From positions 43,648,001-43,712,000 of the forward strand of contig CM060734.1 of assembly GCA_030704615.1 (NCBI GenBank): a stretch of DNA of 64,000 nucleotides. The letters are read 5' to 3'. How positions within the stretch are numbered: the stretch's first letter is position 1; the number at the start of each line of letters is the position of its first letter. The notes beneath the pieces are model-generated. The model made no database searches. It was given only the letters and a program-made list of their open reading frames with translations, and had not been told where the DNA came from. A program made the translations under genes and the position numbers. This stretch comes from Takakia lepidozioides. Its lineage: Eukaryota > Plantae > Bryophyta. Below are positions 1-12,136 of the stretch, piece by piece.

Positions 1-1929
1 AGAGGAAGATGACGGATGGCTCGTAGCGGCTGTTGCAAGCAGTGGTGTCGGCAGGGCAGCCTGTGTTAGGAGGTTGTACCTGCGCGGTAGGATCTTGCTT
101 GGCTTAGGAAGCGGCATTAAGACGCCTCTGCTTGGTATTCTGTGTAGAAAGAAGCGGTGCCGCCTCTCTCGTAGTGATGATCAATTCCAAGAGATAGAAG
201 CATGTAAGGAAAGCGGCGCACCACCACTGCCGCCAGTGCCTTGAAGATGATAGTGTGGGCAGATGAGCAAGCAAGGAAAAGGCCAGCTGCTGAAAGCACA
301 GGGAAGAGAGTCTGGGCACAATCAATGGGGGGGAGGTAAAGCATGTGGAGTTCTGGCTGTATGGTATCTCAGGTTCTCTGTCATTAAGCTTCTAGCTGCT
401 TTGTGTCTCCTTGTTATAGGACCAGGCCAATTCGAGAGGAAGAATTGCATAGCGTAATCTGGTTGTCAGGCCACAGGATGGTCCAAGTGAAGAAGGGGAG
501 CCATCATGGCGTCATAAGGTCTGGAATCAAGACAAAGAGAAAGGGTTGAAGTGGCTGCTGACGGGCGATGGCAAGGTGCCACCTTGACAGGCAGACCCGC
601 CGCTTCACTAGTGGATAAAAACAGATAAGTCGATGAACAGAGGCTTCTTTTTGCCAGGACTTAGAAATTGCTTTGGTAGATTTAGGACTGCCATCTTGGC
701 AGAAGAGAAAAGGTAGAGACATGTGACAAGAAAAAGTTTTTGAAATGGGAATGGAGACTCTGGACTTCAGACCAGAACGTGGAAAGGATGGATGCACCTG
801 ATGTTGTGATGACAGTGAGAGAAATAAGTGAAGAGAGAGAGAAAGAGAGAGCCTGTTCGTCACTGAATTCAGAATGGTCACTGTTGTCTTCATTCTTGCA
901 TTTTGATTCAGTGTCATAAACCTGGACACCATGCTGCCGTGTGTAGTGATAACCTGGAACCAATGTAGATCTGGCTTGTTTGTTTGGAGAGATCAATGAT
1001 GGTTAGCTGGAGTTGCAAAAAAACATGGAAAGGATAAGGTGATTTCACTATGGGATCAGGATCTGAACATCTGCGTTCCACAGTTGAAGGGAAAAGAGGG
1101 ATGTTGGGGTATTTGGGTTGAAGTCTGACAAAAGAGATGAGAACTGTTTAAGCGATGGGTCATTGGAAAAAGGGACAAGAGAGAGAGAAAGAGAGAGAGA
1201 CTGATGGATGGGATGGTTGTGTCTTGAGAGACCGAGGATGACTTCAAGGCTGGCCGCACTGGATGCCTAGCAGCGTGTGCATTCACATTACATGACAGAT
1301 CTGCTGCTGTGAAATAGTGGGGAACCTGGGGACATAGACAGAGATAGTGAAACATACAAAAAGGGAAAAGAAAGAGAGAGAGAGAGTGAAAAATGGGATT
1401 TGGGTAAGGAGAGAGCTGCAATTCAAAAGGGCTGTTGGGGGGGGGGGTTTGGCCAATTTGGGGAGATGAGATGAAGAAAACCTGAAAGAAACCAGTGCCC
1501 CTGCAGACCATGAAGATCTGAGCTGCCTCCTCCTAAATCTGTGTCACCACTACAAAAAGGGGATTTCCGACCTGTCACTGCTCAAGTGGGCTTCACATAA
1601 AGGATCGTGTTTACCGCTGCCATTGGGCTGATTTGCATCACTGAATACATCGCACCAGCATAGCTGGTGCTGTACCTGCTGATAGGGGATGTTGTGTAAA
1701 AGGTAGAACCAAGAGTGAACAACAAATTGACTCCCCATCCATGTCTTCCCTTCCGCTGCGGCGTGGATGAGGATTGCTTGAACTCTGATCACGGAGGAGC
1801 TGAGGGAAACCCACAGCCAAGTGACGACAGTTGGACAGATTAGAAAGAACGCTTCTTTCCTCTTGCTCCGCAATCAATGGAGGGGAGCACAATTAGAATT
1901 ATACAGAAGGGGATTCACGCCCCTTCTTT
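1..1929 (+). repeat. 5' LTR of A1 (start lies outside the window)
   Basis: Diverged homologue of the A2 LTRs; ends ...GAAGGGGATTCACGCCCCTTCTTT directly before the PBS. Confidence 0.85.
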
Positions 1930-1941
1930 TGGTATCAGAGC
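1930..1941 (+). other. Primer binding site, tRNA-iMet
   Basis: TGGTATCAGAGC, the canonical plant iMet PBS. Confidence 0.95.
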
Positions 1942-2000
1942 TACGTTGTTAAATCTTGATTTCTACTAGCTAGGGATCTTGACTGGTATTGGATGGTTTG

Positions 2001-2312
2001 ATGGCAGGAAGAGACCACACACTGATTCCTGATGAACCAAGCATTGGAGATGTGCTGATTTGCTTCAGCAGACGCACACCAAATGCACACACAGACCCTT
2101 GTTTGTACTTCTTCAACCCTGCTTGGAGAATAGCGAATGGTGATTTATCTCTTAGAGTAATACATACTGGTGGAAGAACAACCATAGCACTTTGGATAAG
2201 AGAGTTAGGAAGGTGGGTGAAGATAAATACCATGGCACGAGAGGTGACATGGGGAGGTAGAGTAGAGATGTTGCGAAATGGACAGTGGGAGTGGTATAGA
2301 GGTCAACATTAA
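2001..2312 (+). CDS. Small Trp-rich ORF upstream of gag, unknown function
   Basis: Open in both A1 and A2 (41893-42216, minus); the copies are too similar to show selection. Confidence 0.3.
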   Translation: MAGRDHTLIPDEPSIGDVLICFSRRTPNAHTDPCLYFFNPAWRIANGDLSLRVIHTGGRTTIALWIRELGRWVKINTMAREVTWGGRVEMLRNGQWEWYRGQH

Positions 2313-2383
2313 GGGAGTTGCGGGAAAATTAGAGTCAGAATTAGGTGTTGAAACAGTTTGAACTTTGACTAGAGAATAGAAGG

Positions 2384-3271
2384 ATGACCAGTCCAACCAG
2401 CATAGATGCGCCTTATCATGGTAGGAATAGTGAGGATGTAAATGACTGGCTGGAGAGGATTCAGATGGAGGCAGATGTCAGGGATTTGAATGAGGACAAA
2501 ACTTTCAAGGTAGCAAGGCTCAACCTGAGAGCCAAGGCTGATGAATGGTACCGTAAACAAAACCCTAGACCAAACAACTGGGTGGACTTTAGGGCATCAA
2601 TTTCAGCCAAGTTTGGTATCGTTGACTTGGCAGAAATTAGGCTAAGAATGGATACCATTAAACAGGAGAGTAGACAAAGGGTTCAAACATACTTCGATAG
2701 GTTGAACCGGTTATTTATAAGAAGTGGGGCGTCTGATTTGGAACAGAGGCGTAGATTTGCAGCAGATTTGAGACCAGAAATAGCAAGAGTAATGTTGGGC
2801 AGGCGCTTCCTTGATGTAGAGGAAGCACTTGACACAGCCATTGAGATTGAAAGGGGCCTGGGAAAGTTAGGGGAAATACCTCTAGAGCCATTGGAAGGAG
2901 ATGATACAGATGAGTCAGTTGTGTTTGTTAACCCTGTGGACAGAAGACTTGATCAGCTGAACACTACCCTACATAAGTACTTTGATAGGGGACCAGTCAT
3001 AGGAGAAAGCTCGGGATCTAGAACACCACCTCGTGTTCGCCTTTGTAATGTTTGTCACAAAGAAGGTCACATAGCTGCATATTGTCCTGAAGGAAGAACC
3101 CCAGCTAAGTGTGACAAATGTCACCGGTTCGGGCATTCCACGGAAATGTGTGGTGTGAGATGCAACTTTTGCAAGCTACTCGGGCATACGGAGAGTGAGT
3201 GCGGTAGAAAACTCGACCAAACTATGATGGGAACTCCTAGAACTAACTTTGTAGATGATGATGATGGATGA
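2384..3271 (+). CDS. Gag (A1), frameshifted at the 3' end
   Basis: Retrotransposon-gag-like region (DWLERI..A..NL..KADEWY) and three CX2CX4HX4C knuckles. Confidence 0.9.
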   Translation: MTSPTSIDAPYHGRNSEDVNDWLERIQMEADVRDLNEDKTFKVARLNLRAKADEWYRKQNPRPNNWVDFRASISAKFGIVDLAEIRLRMDTIKQESRQRVQTYFDRLNRLFIRSGASDLEQRRRFAADLRPEIARVMLGRRFLDVEEALDTAIEIERGLGKLGEIPLEPLEGDDTDESVVFVNPVDRRLDQLNTTLHKYFDRGPVIGESSGSRTPPRVRLCNVCHKEGHIAAYCPEGRTPAKCDKCHRFGHSTEMCGVRCNFCKLLGHTESECGRKLDQTMMGTPRTNFVDDDDG

Positions 3272-3582
3272 TGTACTCGCAGAGATGACAGATCTGATGT
3301 CACAAAATAGTATCAATGAAGTCAGACTTCCAAGGACACGCATACCTGTCCAGAGTCCGATTGTTGAACCTACAGGGTCACCATAAAGGAATAGTGAGAG
3401 CAGTGAACAGCCAAGCAAGACCAAGAGTGAAATCTACCCAAAGAACAATTTCAAGAATGCTATAGAAGGAGGTACGAATCCAGAATCTTGAACCACTTCT
3501 ACAAAGGGAGAATATCGTTGTCGCCCATGGACCTGATCATGACTGTGCCCGGAGAGCTAGACAAATTAAAGGGCTGGTCAAA

Positions 3583-4017
3583 GTGGTGGAAAGAGCAGTG
3601 GTCCAACAAAGGGAGACAACTCACAGTGTAGAAGTTGTGAAGGATGTACCAAGGCCTTTGTACTCAGCACACGCTGAGCCCACGATCTCGTATGCTTATA
3701 CAGGTAAGGTTAAAGCGCTTCATGTAATGATTACAATGGGAGATTACCAAGTATTAGGCCAGATTGACACTGGTGCCATGCTTTCTGTAATATCAGCTAG
3801 TACAGTCAGGGATCTTGGTTTGATGGGATCTGTCATTACTAGTAAGGATGTAAATTACAGAGTAGCCTCAGGTGCTCTTGAGACTGCAATGGGCAGACTT
3901 GAGGACATCAAGGTCAAAGTAGGAGAACTGACCAATCGTTTGTCCTTTATGGTGGTGAACACGGATACATATCACATGCTGCTGGGATTAGACTTTCTCA
4001 AAAGTTTGGCGCTGTAG
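3583..4017 (+). pseudogene. Aspartic protease (A1)
   Basis: QIDTGA catalytic motif and MLLGLDFL. Confidence 0.85.
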
Positions 4018-4799
4018 TGGACACCGAAGCTGAAACAATTCGCGTACGCTATGGGCCAGGAAAGGATTTTGCTCACTTCCCCTTTGCACACCATCAATTA
4101 TAATGAGCCTGCAGTTACCAAACAGCCTACCATAGAGGGTCGAGAGTAGAATGAGGTATGCAAGCAGTACGTCAGCAGGTAATGTCTTAACCCTGACGTC
4201 AGATGAACAGTACCTTGGCTTGTGGAGAAGAAAAGAAACCAGAGAAGAATATGAGGACACGGAGGAGCATCCTCAGGTTCTAACACCTCTAAATCTGATA
4301 AAGATGAGGAGATGGGAGGCTATGAGGAGAGTAAGGAGGTAGAAACAGCACTGAGGGATGTTGAGGAAATAATAGACGAGGTCAACCTAGGGGAGGACTT
4401 GTTCGAGGACCAAGGGATGTCTGAACTCCTTCAGGAAGAGACCCATAAGCATGGTTGCTGCCATAATACAGGAAGCTTACCAGAAAGCTTGGAATGGTGA
4501 ACTAGGGAACAACAACCTAGAAATAGAGGATGACTTCCATGATTGGAATCAGGTTGTCACACAAGAGGAAGGACAGAGAATGCTAACTCTGTAAGCCAGG
4601 TGGAAAAAAAAATTGGGAACCCAGTCAAGAGGAAGAAATGGAGAGTCGTTGGAGAAGTCTGAAATCCAGACTGCACATCAACCCAGAACTGGCCCCAGAA
4701 CATAGGATAGAGCTGGAACAAGAGCTGAAAGCAAACCAGGAATGTTTGCTCTTAGCAAGGCTGACTTGGGATACTGCAGTGAGGTGGAACACACAATTG

Positions 4800-5824
4800 A
4801 CACACAAGGTTTTCCCCCTTGCAGAAGTCGTCCCAGCCGCCTATCAGAATGGGAGGAAGACGAGGTCCAAGGACAATTGAGACTTTGATCTCACAAGGCA
4901 AGATGAGAGAGTAGCTCAGAATGGTCGTGTCCAGTTACCCTTCCACCAAAAAAGGATGGATCCAAGTGGTTTTGTGGTGATTTTAGGCCAGTAAACCGTT
5001 TAACCAGAAGGGACTCTTACCCTATGCCATTGATTCAGGATGTTTTAAACCAGTTGGGGAAAGCCAAGTGGTTTTTGCGCTGGATTTACAATCTGGTTTT
5101 TGGCAGATCAAAATGGACGACCGAGACATAGGCAAAACAGCAGTGATCACAAAGAAGGGATTGTATGAATGGCTAGTCATGCCATTCGGGCTAAAAAATG
5201 CCACTGCTACCTTTCAGAGAACGATGAATAGGGTTCTCAAGGAAGAAATCAAAGATTGCGCTAAAGTTTTTGTAGATGATGTCAATATCCATAGCAAGGA
5301 CTGGGGAGATCACGTGGGACATATAAAGAGCAAGGTTAGAAAGGCCAATCTTAGGCTCAATCCGGACAAGTGTTACTTTGCCAACTTACAGTTGGTATTC
5401 CTTGGGCATGTGATCTCTGAAGAGGGAACGTGGCCTGATCCAGATAAGATAGCTGCTATTGAAAGGTTTCCCTTGCCAAAAAACCACACTGCTCTCAAAA
5501 GCTACTTAGGCATGACAGGGTACTATAGGCCCTATGTCAAAGGATATGCTGGAGTGGCAGTACCGTTGTTCACTCTAACCAAAAAGGATGTGAAGTTTAT
5601 CTAGAGTGCAGAGGCACAAAACGCCTTTTCTGCCTTACAGGTGAAGTTGGTAACTGCTCCCATCCTGGCAAGACCAGATTTCTCAAGACCGTTCGTCTTG
5701 GATGTTGATTGGTCCATCAAAGGAGTAGGGGCAGTCTTGTCACAAAAGGAGTATAAAAAGGAGAGGGTCATTGCATACGCCAGTAAGGTACTATTTGATG
5801 CTCAGCGCAAATATCACCCTATGG
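4800..5824 (+). pseudogene. Reverse transcriptase and N-terminal half of RNase H (A1)
   Basis: LDLQSGFWQI, MPFGLKNA, FVDD, LDVDWSIKGVGAVLSQ; stops and frameshifts. Confidence 0.9.
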
Positions 5825-6096
5825 TAGAGTATACCTCGATTTCCTCAGTTTCCTCAGCTGGTCCCACTGGATACCTGCTTAGTGCATCTACGTTAGCATG
5901 CCTAGCACCTGCTCTGTGAACAATTTTAAACTCAAAATCTTGTAACATCATGATCCATCTACCCCTGCGTCCATATGCGTCACTTACCGTTGCCAACCAC
6001 TCCAGTGGTTTGTGATCAGTCCTGATTACAAAAGGGGTTCCATACAGGTACTGCCGAAAGTGTAATACTCCCCACACCAGGGCATAGCATTCACCC
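5825..6096 (-). pseudogene. Inverted C-terminal half of A1 RNase H
   Basis: GECYALVWGVLHFRQYLYG...TDHKPL...NVDALSR on the minus strand continues the plus-strand YHPM. Confidence 0.9.
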
Positions 6097-6240
6097 AGGA
6101 TATCATGGAGCTGGAGATTGAACCCAAGGTCATGGCGCTGAAGCATTGAACATGGAATCTCATGGCCTTCAAGCATTGAACCCAGGATCTCAGGAGCTTG
6201 AGAGCATTAGAGAAGTTTTGCCCTAGGCCCACTAGCTCTC

Positions 6241-6457
6241 TAGTGGGTTCAAGAACCGGAACTTGTTTGTATCCCTGTGCGCCCCGGTTCTCACACCCAG
6301 CAGGAACCGCCGGTTCGGTTTTGCACCGATCCCCATTGGCAGGTTCTGGTTCCGGGTCAGGTTCTCTAGGAATGGGCCCGGTTCCGGTCCGGTTCTGATT
6401 AACCTGAACCTGAACCGGTGGTTAACTTGGGTCCCGGCGGGTAACCGCCCAACACTA
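6241..6457. mobile_element. hAT-like DNA transposon or MITE end fragment
   Basis: Ends ...CCCAACACTA (TAGTGTTGGG on minus) with dense AACCGG/CCGGTT subterminal motifs; no matching TSD. Confidence 0.4.
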
Positions 6458-7239
6458 CTATACACCTTGCTTCTTCACTACAACATCTAGCCTACACTAA
6501 AACGAAGAGGAAGAGAGGGAAGAGGAAGAGAGGGAGCGAGAGAAATAAGAACTCGATTGTCTGTTCTCTCTTTCGCCGGCTGATTTATATCAGTCCGTCG
6601 CCCTACATCCGTCACTTGTGTTGACCACTTTCATCCATCCCTTTCTCCAAAAAATAATAAATTACTACTGGTGCATTTAAGCACCGACACCTAGTTAGAG
6701 TTTTTAATTAATTTTCCCTAAAGTGTTCATTAATATAAGATTTTATTTTATTTTAATCCTTCAGATCTGCGCCCTCCACCTGAACGGTCCAGATCGAACC
6801 ATGTGTTTTTCCTCCATCCATTGTCATCTGTCCAAAAATCCAGTCAGTACTCCATTCATCCATGGTTCCATCCGCTGATTTCATCCATTTTTATTCTTCC
6901 TCATAATTTTCATCCATCTGTAACTTTCATCCCTCCAGGGACATGACCAACTTAAATTGATACATGAACCGTTTTAAATCCTCATGAATTGTCCTCATCC
7001 ATGTCATTCATCCATTTGGGAGTGGGGATCGCTACCCTTGAGCAACCAATATCCAGCGGTTCACATTTATCCTTGTTTTCCCATTAGATCCCTTTCCCGT
7101 TGTTGAGATCAGGGAGAGGTTCCCATGCTTGAAGTAGCGAGTTGTAGCGTTGTTCTGAGAGTCGTCTGCTGGTGAGATCCTCCAGCAAGATAAGCATATT
7201 TTCTTGCATTTGCTAACTTACAAAGACATCGATCCTGAA

Positions 7240-7557
7240 TCATTCTTGGCGTTGAAGACTATTCGTTGAGACTAAATCATACCTCCATACCATGTAGCCT
7301 CTAGGGTACTGTCCGCAAACCAAAAGTTGAGTTCCTGTAACTGTCGACTCCTTGTTGGAAACTTCCAAGGTATAATCCACAGGGCAGTCTGGCAGCCATC
7401 GCCAACGCATACTAACGGAATCAAACGCCCACCACTTCCGTGCACTTATGAGAGGCTGTACAGTGTGTGCAGGCCTAGCCAGCATGTAAACCCATTCCTC
7501 CTTGATCTCTACCCGTTTTGCGAATCTCAAAGACGTCGTTGCGGCCTTCATCATCAA
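7240..7557 (-). pseudogene. F-box/kelch-repeat protein fragment (SKIP11-like)
   Basis: EEWVY...WWAFDSVSMRWRWLP...NKESTVTGTQLLVCG...VWRYDL resembles plant F-box/kelch proteins; truncated at both ends. Confidence 0.7.
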
Positions 7558-7925
7558 CCACCGCTATCACATTCTATCATTTCTTACAACCACCTGTCAA
7601 CGATAAATAGTAAGAGCGAAGCACCCGTGCAACGCATTCTAGTGTCACATGGTCTGTCAATCCCGGAATCAAGGAGTTGTTCTTCGACTGGTCCTCTGGC
7701 TCTGCCATTGCTAGAGTTCCATTTTATTTATGATTTCTTACAAAGATTTCGTACTAAACTTCATAAAATATATGCTAATGTACATAAAATGTGCTATTCT
7801 AATTATGATCCGAAAAAATGATCGACAGTGGCTGATATGTTCATTTTAACATGACAGTTCAGAGGTCCTGATGTTGTTGGCATGCGAATAACAAAAAGAC
7901 TACTATAGAATTCAGCTAGAGGAAC

Positions 7926-8371
7926 TGTCATGGATGAAATAGTACTAAACTACAAACAAGAGATCCGAGTAGAGAGGACTCAATAGAAACTCAATGGATA
8001 GAAGTACAATCTTTATATATGGTAGAACAAAAACACAAGATGCTGGACTGGAACTAGAGAATACCTCAAGATTGTCTTGGTGAGACTGATGGGTCCTTTG
8101 TCTCGCCTCCTACTTATACTCCATACTCTAGTTCTCTAAGGATCCTTCCGGAGAAGCTTCCTTGGTGCTAAGGAAGTTTCTCGGGAAGTTTCCTAACCGC
8201 TTATAGACGAAGCTTCTTAAGGAGTTTCTTTATTTTGCAGGAAGTTTCTTGGGGAGTTTCCTAGCTAGCTTAGGGATCTTCTAGAAAGGTCTAGAAGTTA
8301 TAGAATGAAGTTTCTAGAAGCTTCTAAGAAGGTCATAGATATATGGTGTAGTTTTATTTATGCCTGTGACA
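7926..8371 (-). repeat. 3' LTR of E
   Basis: TGTCA...TGACA termini; matches 11901-11952 plus 57387-57705. Confidence 0.9.
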
Positions 8372-8387
8372 TCATCCCCTCCTCAAG
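8372..8387 (-). other. Polypurine tract of E
   Basis: CTTGAGGAGGGGATGA immediately before the LTR TG. Confidence 0.85.
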
Positions 8388-8984
8388 CTCCTCAAGCGCC
8401 GAGTTCCTTGAGAAGCGGTGGCGTTCAGACTCGCAAGAAATCGAAAATACGACGCGTGGTATTCGCCAAATATTCGTCTCTTCGATCATAACTTAAATGG
8501 TTCATTGGTCCCTGTAGCCAACGATAATGTCCCACGCCAGGGACCTGAGACCATGCAATAATTGGTGCATTGTTGTTCTCGAACACGCCTTCGAAAAAGA
8601 TTTCGTTTGGTCCCGCAAATGATGGTTCCGTCTCCAATAAGATGATTAAGCATCGCACAAGTTCGACACGTCCTCGAATGGGGATCAGAGTACGTGGGAA
8701 TATTTCTCGCTCTGGTGGTTCCCCCCCCTTGCGATCGTCTTCGTCATCGTGAAATCAAAGGCTGCGACAACTGGGCTGGTTCGTCCGACAGTTGAGCAAA
8801 TGAAAGTTCTTCTGGTTCTTGTGACGCCATGGTAATGTCTGTTAGTGACAACTCCACCACCTCAAGATGTCTATTTGCCTGATGCTCTCTCCTTCTTATT
8901 GTGCGCCAAAGGCGGTGGCTTCATCTTCAAGTTTTGATGGCTATTAATGATGGACAGTCTAATAATTCATCGACGCGTGGCTCG

Positions 8985-11657
8985 AGGTTTATAGGGGTGT
9001 CGGTGATGGAATTCTTGAACTTTCTGGGATGCATTAGTGATATTGGATGATGGTTCCCACGTTCGTTCACTGACATCATACCCACGCCAATGGACCAAAT
9101 ATTCCAAGCGTCCACGACATAAGTCGAGAGTCTAGGATTGCTTCGACCTCAAATTCTTCTTCGCCATCAATCTCGATTGGTGAAGGTGGTTGAACATGTC
9201 TTCCATGAATGATAGATTCATAAAATGGTTCAAGAATCGATACATGAAATACTGGATGGATTTTCATAGAGCTTGGGAGTTGTAGCCGAAAAACAACTAG
9301 ATTTACCTGGCCAATGACGGTGAATGGCCTGAGTTGTCGATAATCCAGTTTATTTGAAGGGCTTATTGATTGTAAATCTCGATGAAGTAACCAAACGCGA
9401 TCTCCAATTTTATAGGCTGGGTGTGGTGCGCGGTGACGGTCAGCTAGATATTTATAACGGTCTTGGGCATCTTTCAATCATTTTTTGATGTCCTTCTGAA
9501 TGTTGATCAATTGTTCTGCAAGACTTACAGCAGCAGGGTTGTTTGTTTTTCCGAACGCGAGAGTATCGAACCTCGGGTGTCGCCCATAATTTGCAAAGAA
9601 AGGCGTGTGTTCAAGCGATGCATGATATGTGTTGTTATACGCAAACTCGGCCAGATGCAAGAGGTCTACCCAATCATCCTAATGATAGTTAATTGTACAG
9701 TGAAGATATTGTTCCAATACTTGATTTACTCTCTCGGTTTGTCCATCTGTTTGAGGATGATTGGCCAAAGAGAGGTTGATTTGTACCCGTAGAAGTTTAA
9801 ATATTCCCTTCCAGAAACTTGACATGAATTGAGGTCCCCGATCAGACACAATATTTGCTGGCAAACCATGGATTCTATAGACATGCTTGAGGAAAAGCTT
9901 GGCCGTTCCTTCGCTTGTGACAGACTTGAGGGTTGGGATAAAATGCGTCATTTTTGTTAGGCAATCGACCACGACAAGAATTGTGTCGAAAGATTCAGAA
10001 CAGGGGAGATCTGTGATGAAGTCCATAGATAATGATGACCATGGGCCCTCGGGAATAGGCAACGGCTGCAGCAGACCATACGGATGGTGATGTGGTGCTT
10101 TTGCTCGGGTACATGTATCACAAGTGCGGATGAATTCCTTTACCAACTTCCACATTTGTGGCTACCAAAAATCCCTTGAGATAAGCTCGATGGTTAGTTA
10201 CACCAAAATGACCAGCTGATGGAAGGTTGTGTCGTGCTTGAAGAACATGTAAGCGAAGTGGTCCTGGTGGAACATAAACGAGTCCCCTATAGTGGATAAG
10301 GCCTTCTGACTCCTGAAATTCGCAATCTTCGTTCCTCCTTTGGCGTAGACGTCGTCTTATATCCTTCGCAAAATGATCATTTTTCAGACTTCCGCGAATC
10401 TTTGCAAGAAAACTCGTATCAATAGGAATTTTACTTTCTATTGACATGAGACGCAATTGTTGTGGTTTCAGAAAGATGGACTTCTGTTGATCGAATGCAA
10501 CATCTCTTTGTTTAGGAGCCAGATATGATCGGCATGACAGTGCATCTGGCTTCCCCTATTGGCTTCTTGGACGATAAGCAATGATGAATTCAAAGTGAGA
10601 TAGAAACATACCCCATCTGGCTTGTCGACAATTAAGTACTCGAGCATTCATAAAATATTCGAGATTCTTATGGTCGGTGTAAACTGTGACCGTATGCCGA
10701 GTTCCTTCAAGAAACTGTCGTCATTCTTCGAAAGCATCGATGATTGCTAAAAGCTCTTTGTCGTGGATTTCATAGTTGATTTTTGCCGCCGAAAACTTCC
10801 TCGAATGGAATCCCACAGGATGCAGTTGTCCGTTGTCTCCATATTGTGACAATATAGCGCCAAGTGCAAAGTCGGAAGTGTCTGCCTCAAGAAAAAATGG
10901 TTTTGGTCGGATCTGCATGGATTAAAATAGAAGCTGTAGTAAAAGCGTTCTTCAATCTCTGGAAGGCTTTTGAAGCATTGTCGTCCTACTTGAATTAATC
11001 TTTTCCGGTAAGTCGTGTTAGGGGTGCGGCAACCTTTGAATAGTCCTTGATGAAGATCCGATAAAAGTTTGCAAACCCCAAGAAACATTGTACGTCCCGG
11101 ACCGAAGAAGATGTCTGCCAATCGACAATGGTTTGGACTTTCTTAGGATCCATTGAGATTCCATTATCGGAGATGATGTAGCTCAAGAATTCAACCTTCG
11201 ACTGGTGGAAAAGACATTTTTCCAGCTTTGCATATAGTCTTTTCTCTCGTAATTTGTCGAGGACGAGACGGATGTGTTTTTCATGGTCTTTAGAATTTTT
11301 GGAGAATATCAAGATATCATCTAAATAGATAACTACAAAGTCGTCAATAAATTCTCTAAATATGTTATTCATCATATGCTGAAAAATTGCCGGAGCATTT
11401 GTAAGACCAAATGGCATGACATTGTATTCAAAATGACCATACCTTGTACGGAACGTTGTTTTCCATTCGTCGCCTTTTTTAATTCGTACAAGGTTGTAAG
11501 CGCCCCTCAAATCGATCTTTGTGAAGATTGTGGATTGATCAAGTTGTTCTAGAAGCCCTAAAAGCAGCGGTAACGGATAGCGATTTTTTATCGTGATTTT
11601 GTTGAGACCTCGATAATCCACGCACATTCGTAGATTTCCATATTTCTTTTTTGGCAT
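8985..11657 (-). pseudogene. pol of E: RT, RH, integrase, chromodomain
   Basis: [56 protein letters not shown] (chromodomain); several stops and frameshifts. Confidence 0.95.
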
Positions 11658-11659
11658 GC

Positions 11660-11848
11660 TGACCTTGGGTTCTTTTGTTCGTTGTTGTATTGATGTTGAG
11701 GCAGTACTAGAAGTCCTCGAGCGGCCTGTACTGGTTCCACGTAGCTCTTGAATTTGTCGTTGGAGACTTGGACAGCCGGAGCTAAAACTTGAGGTTGTCG
11801 TTGAAGATCATGCATCATTGCAACGATTGTGGCAAGAGATTCTTCCAT
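11660..11848 (-). pseudogene. 5' remnant of E gag; most of gag and PR deleted
   Basis: ATG near the PBS; reading runs directly into RT sequence. Confidence 0.6.
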
Positions 11849-11886
11849 AACAATTTATGAGACACACGACAAAAATGAAAAAAAAG

Positions 11887-11898
11887 CAGTCTCGCCAA
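11887..11898 (-). other. Self-priming PBS of E
   Basis: TTGGCGAGACTG is complementary to LTR 57486-57497, which lies 30 nt downstream of TATAAG. Confidence 0.75.
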
Positions 11899-11900
11899 AC

Positions 11901-11952
11901 TGTCACGGACGAGATAGTGCTAAACTACAAACAAGAGATCCGAGTAGAGAGG
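11901..11952 (-). repeat. E 5' LTR, U5 part (interrupted by element C)
   Basis: Matches 7926-7977. Confidence 0.9.
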
Positions 11953-12037
11953 TGTCGTGCGCATACATATCGCTACACAACTACATCGCTGTCCAAACCA
12001 CACCACACATATATGCACAATAAAGTAGTCTGCCACA
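11953..12037 (-). repeat. C repeat B, terminal copy (85 bp)
   Basis: Appears identical to 47577-47661. Confidence 0.95.
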
Positions 12038-12038
12038 A

Positions 12039-12136
12039 TGATAAACAAGCTAAAAAAAAGGACACACACTCTCAACACAAGAAAGATGAAATCCATCGCT
12101 ATCACTCTTTAAAATAGAAGTCGAGCCAGGGGCACC
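12039..12136 (-). repeat. C repeat A, internal copy part 1 (remainder at 47313-47574)
   Basis: Matches 57023-57120. Confidence 0.95.

Larger units (their letters stand above)
1..6240 (+). mobile_element. Ty3/Gypsy LTR retrotransposon, family A copy A1 (5' LTR, PBS, gag, PR, RT, RH; integrase and 3' LTR missing)
   Basis: LTR homologous to 42274-44658 (reverse complement), PBS TGGTATCAGAGC, gag with CCHC knuckles, PR QIDTGA, RT FVDD, RH LDVDWS in Gypsy order. Confidence 0.9.

Noticed and set aside
104-1892. ORFs within family A LTRs (also 22164-24106 and 42246-44232)
   Set aside because: Frames are not conserved between LTR copies and no domains are recognisable
6453-6485. CACTA transposon terminus
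   Set aside because: CACTA pentamers are present but there is no partner TIR or 3-bp TSD
8425-8925. Extra ORF between the chromodomain and PPT of E
   Set aside because: Short, interrupted, no second copy and no recognisable motif
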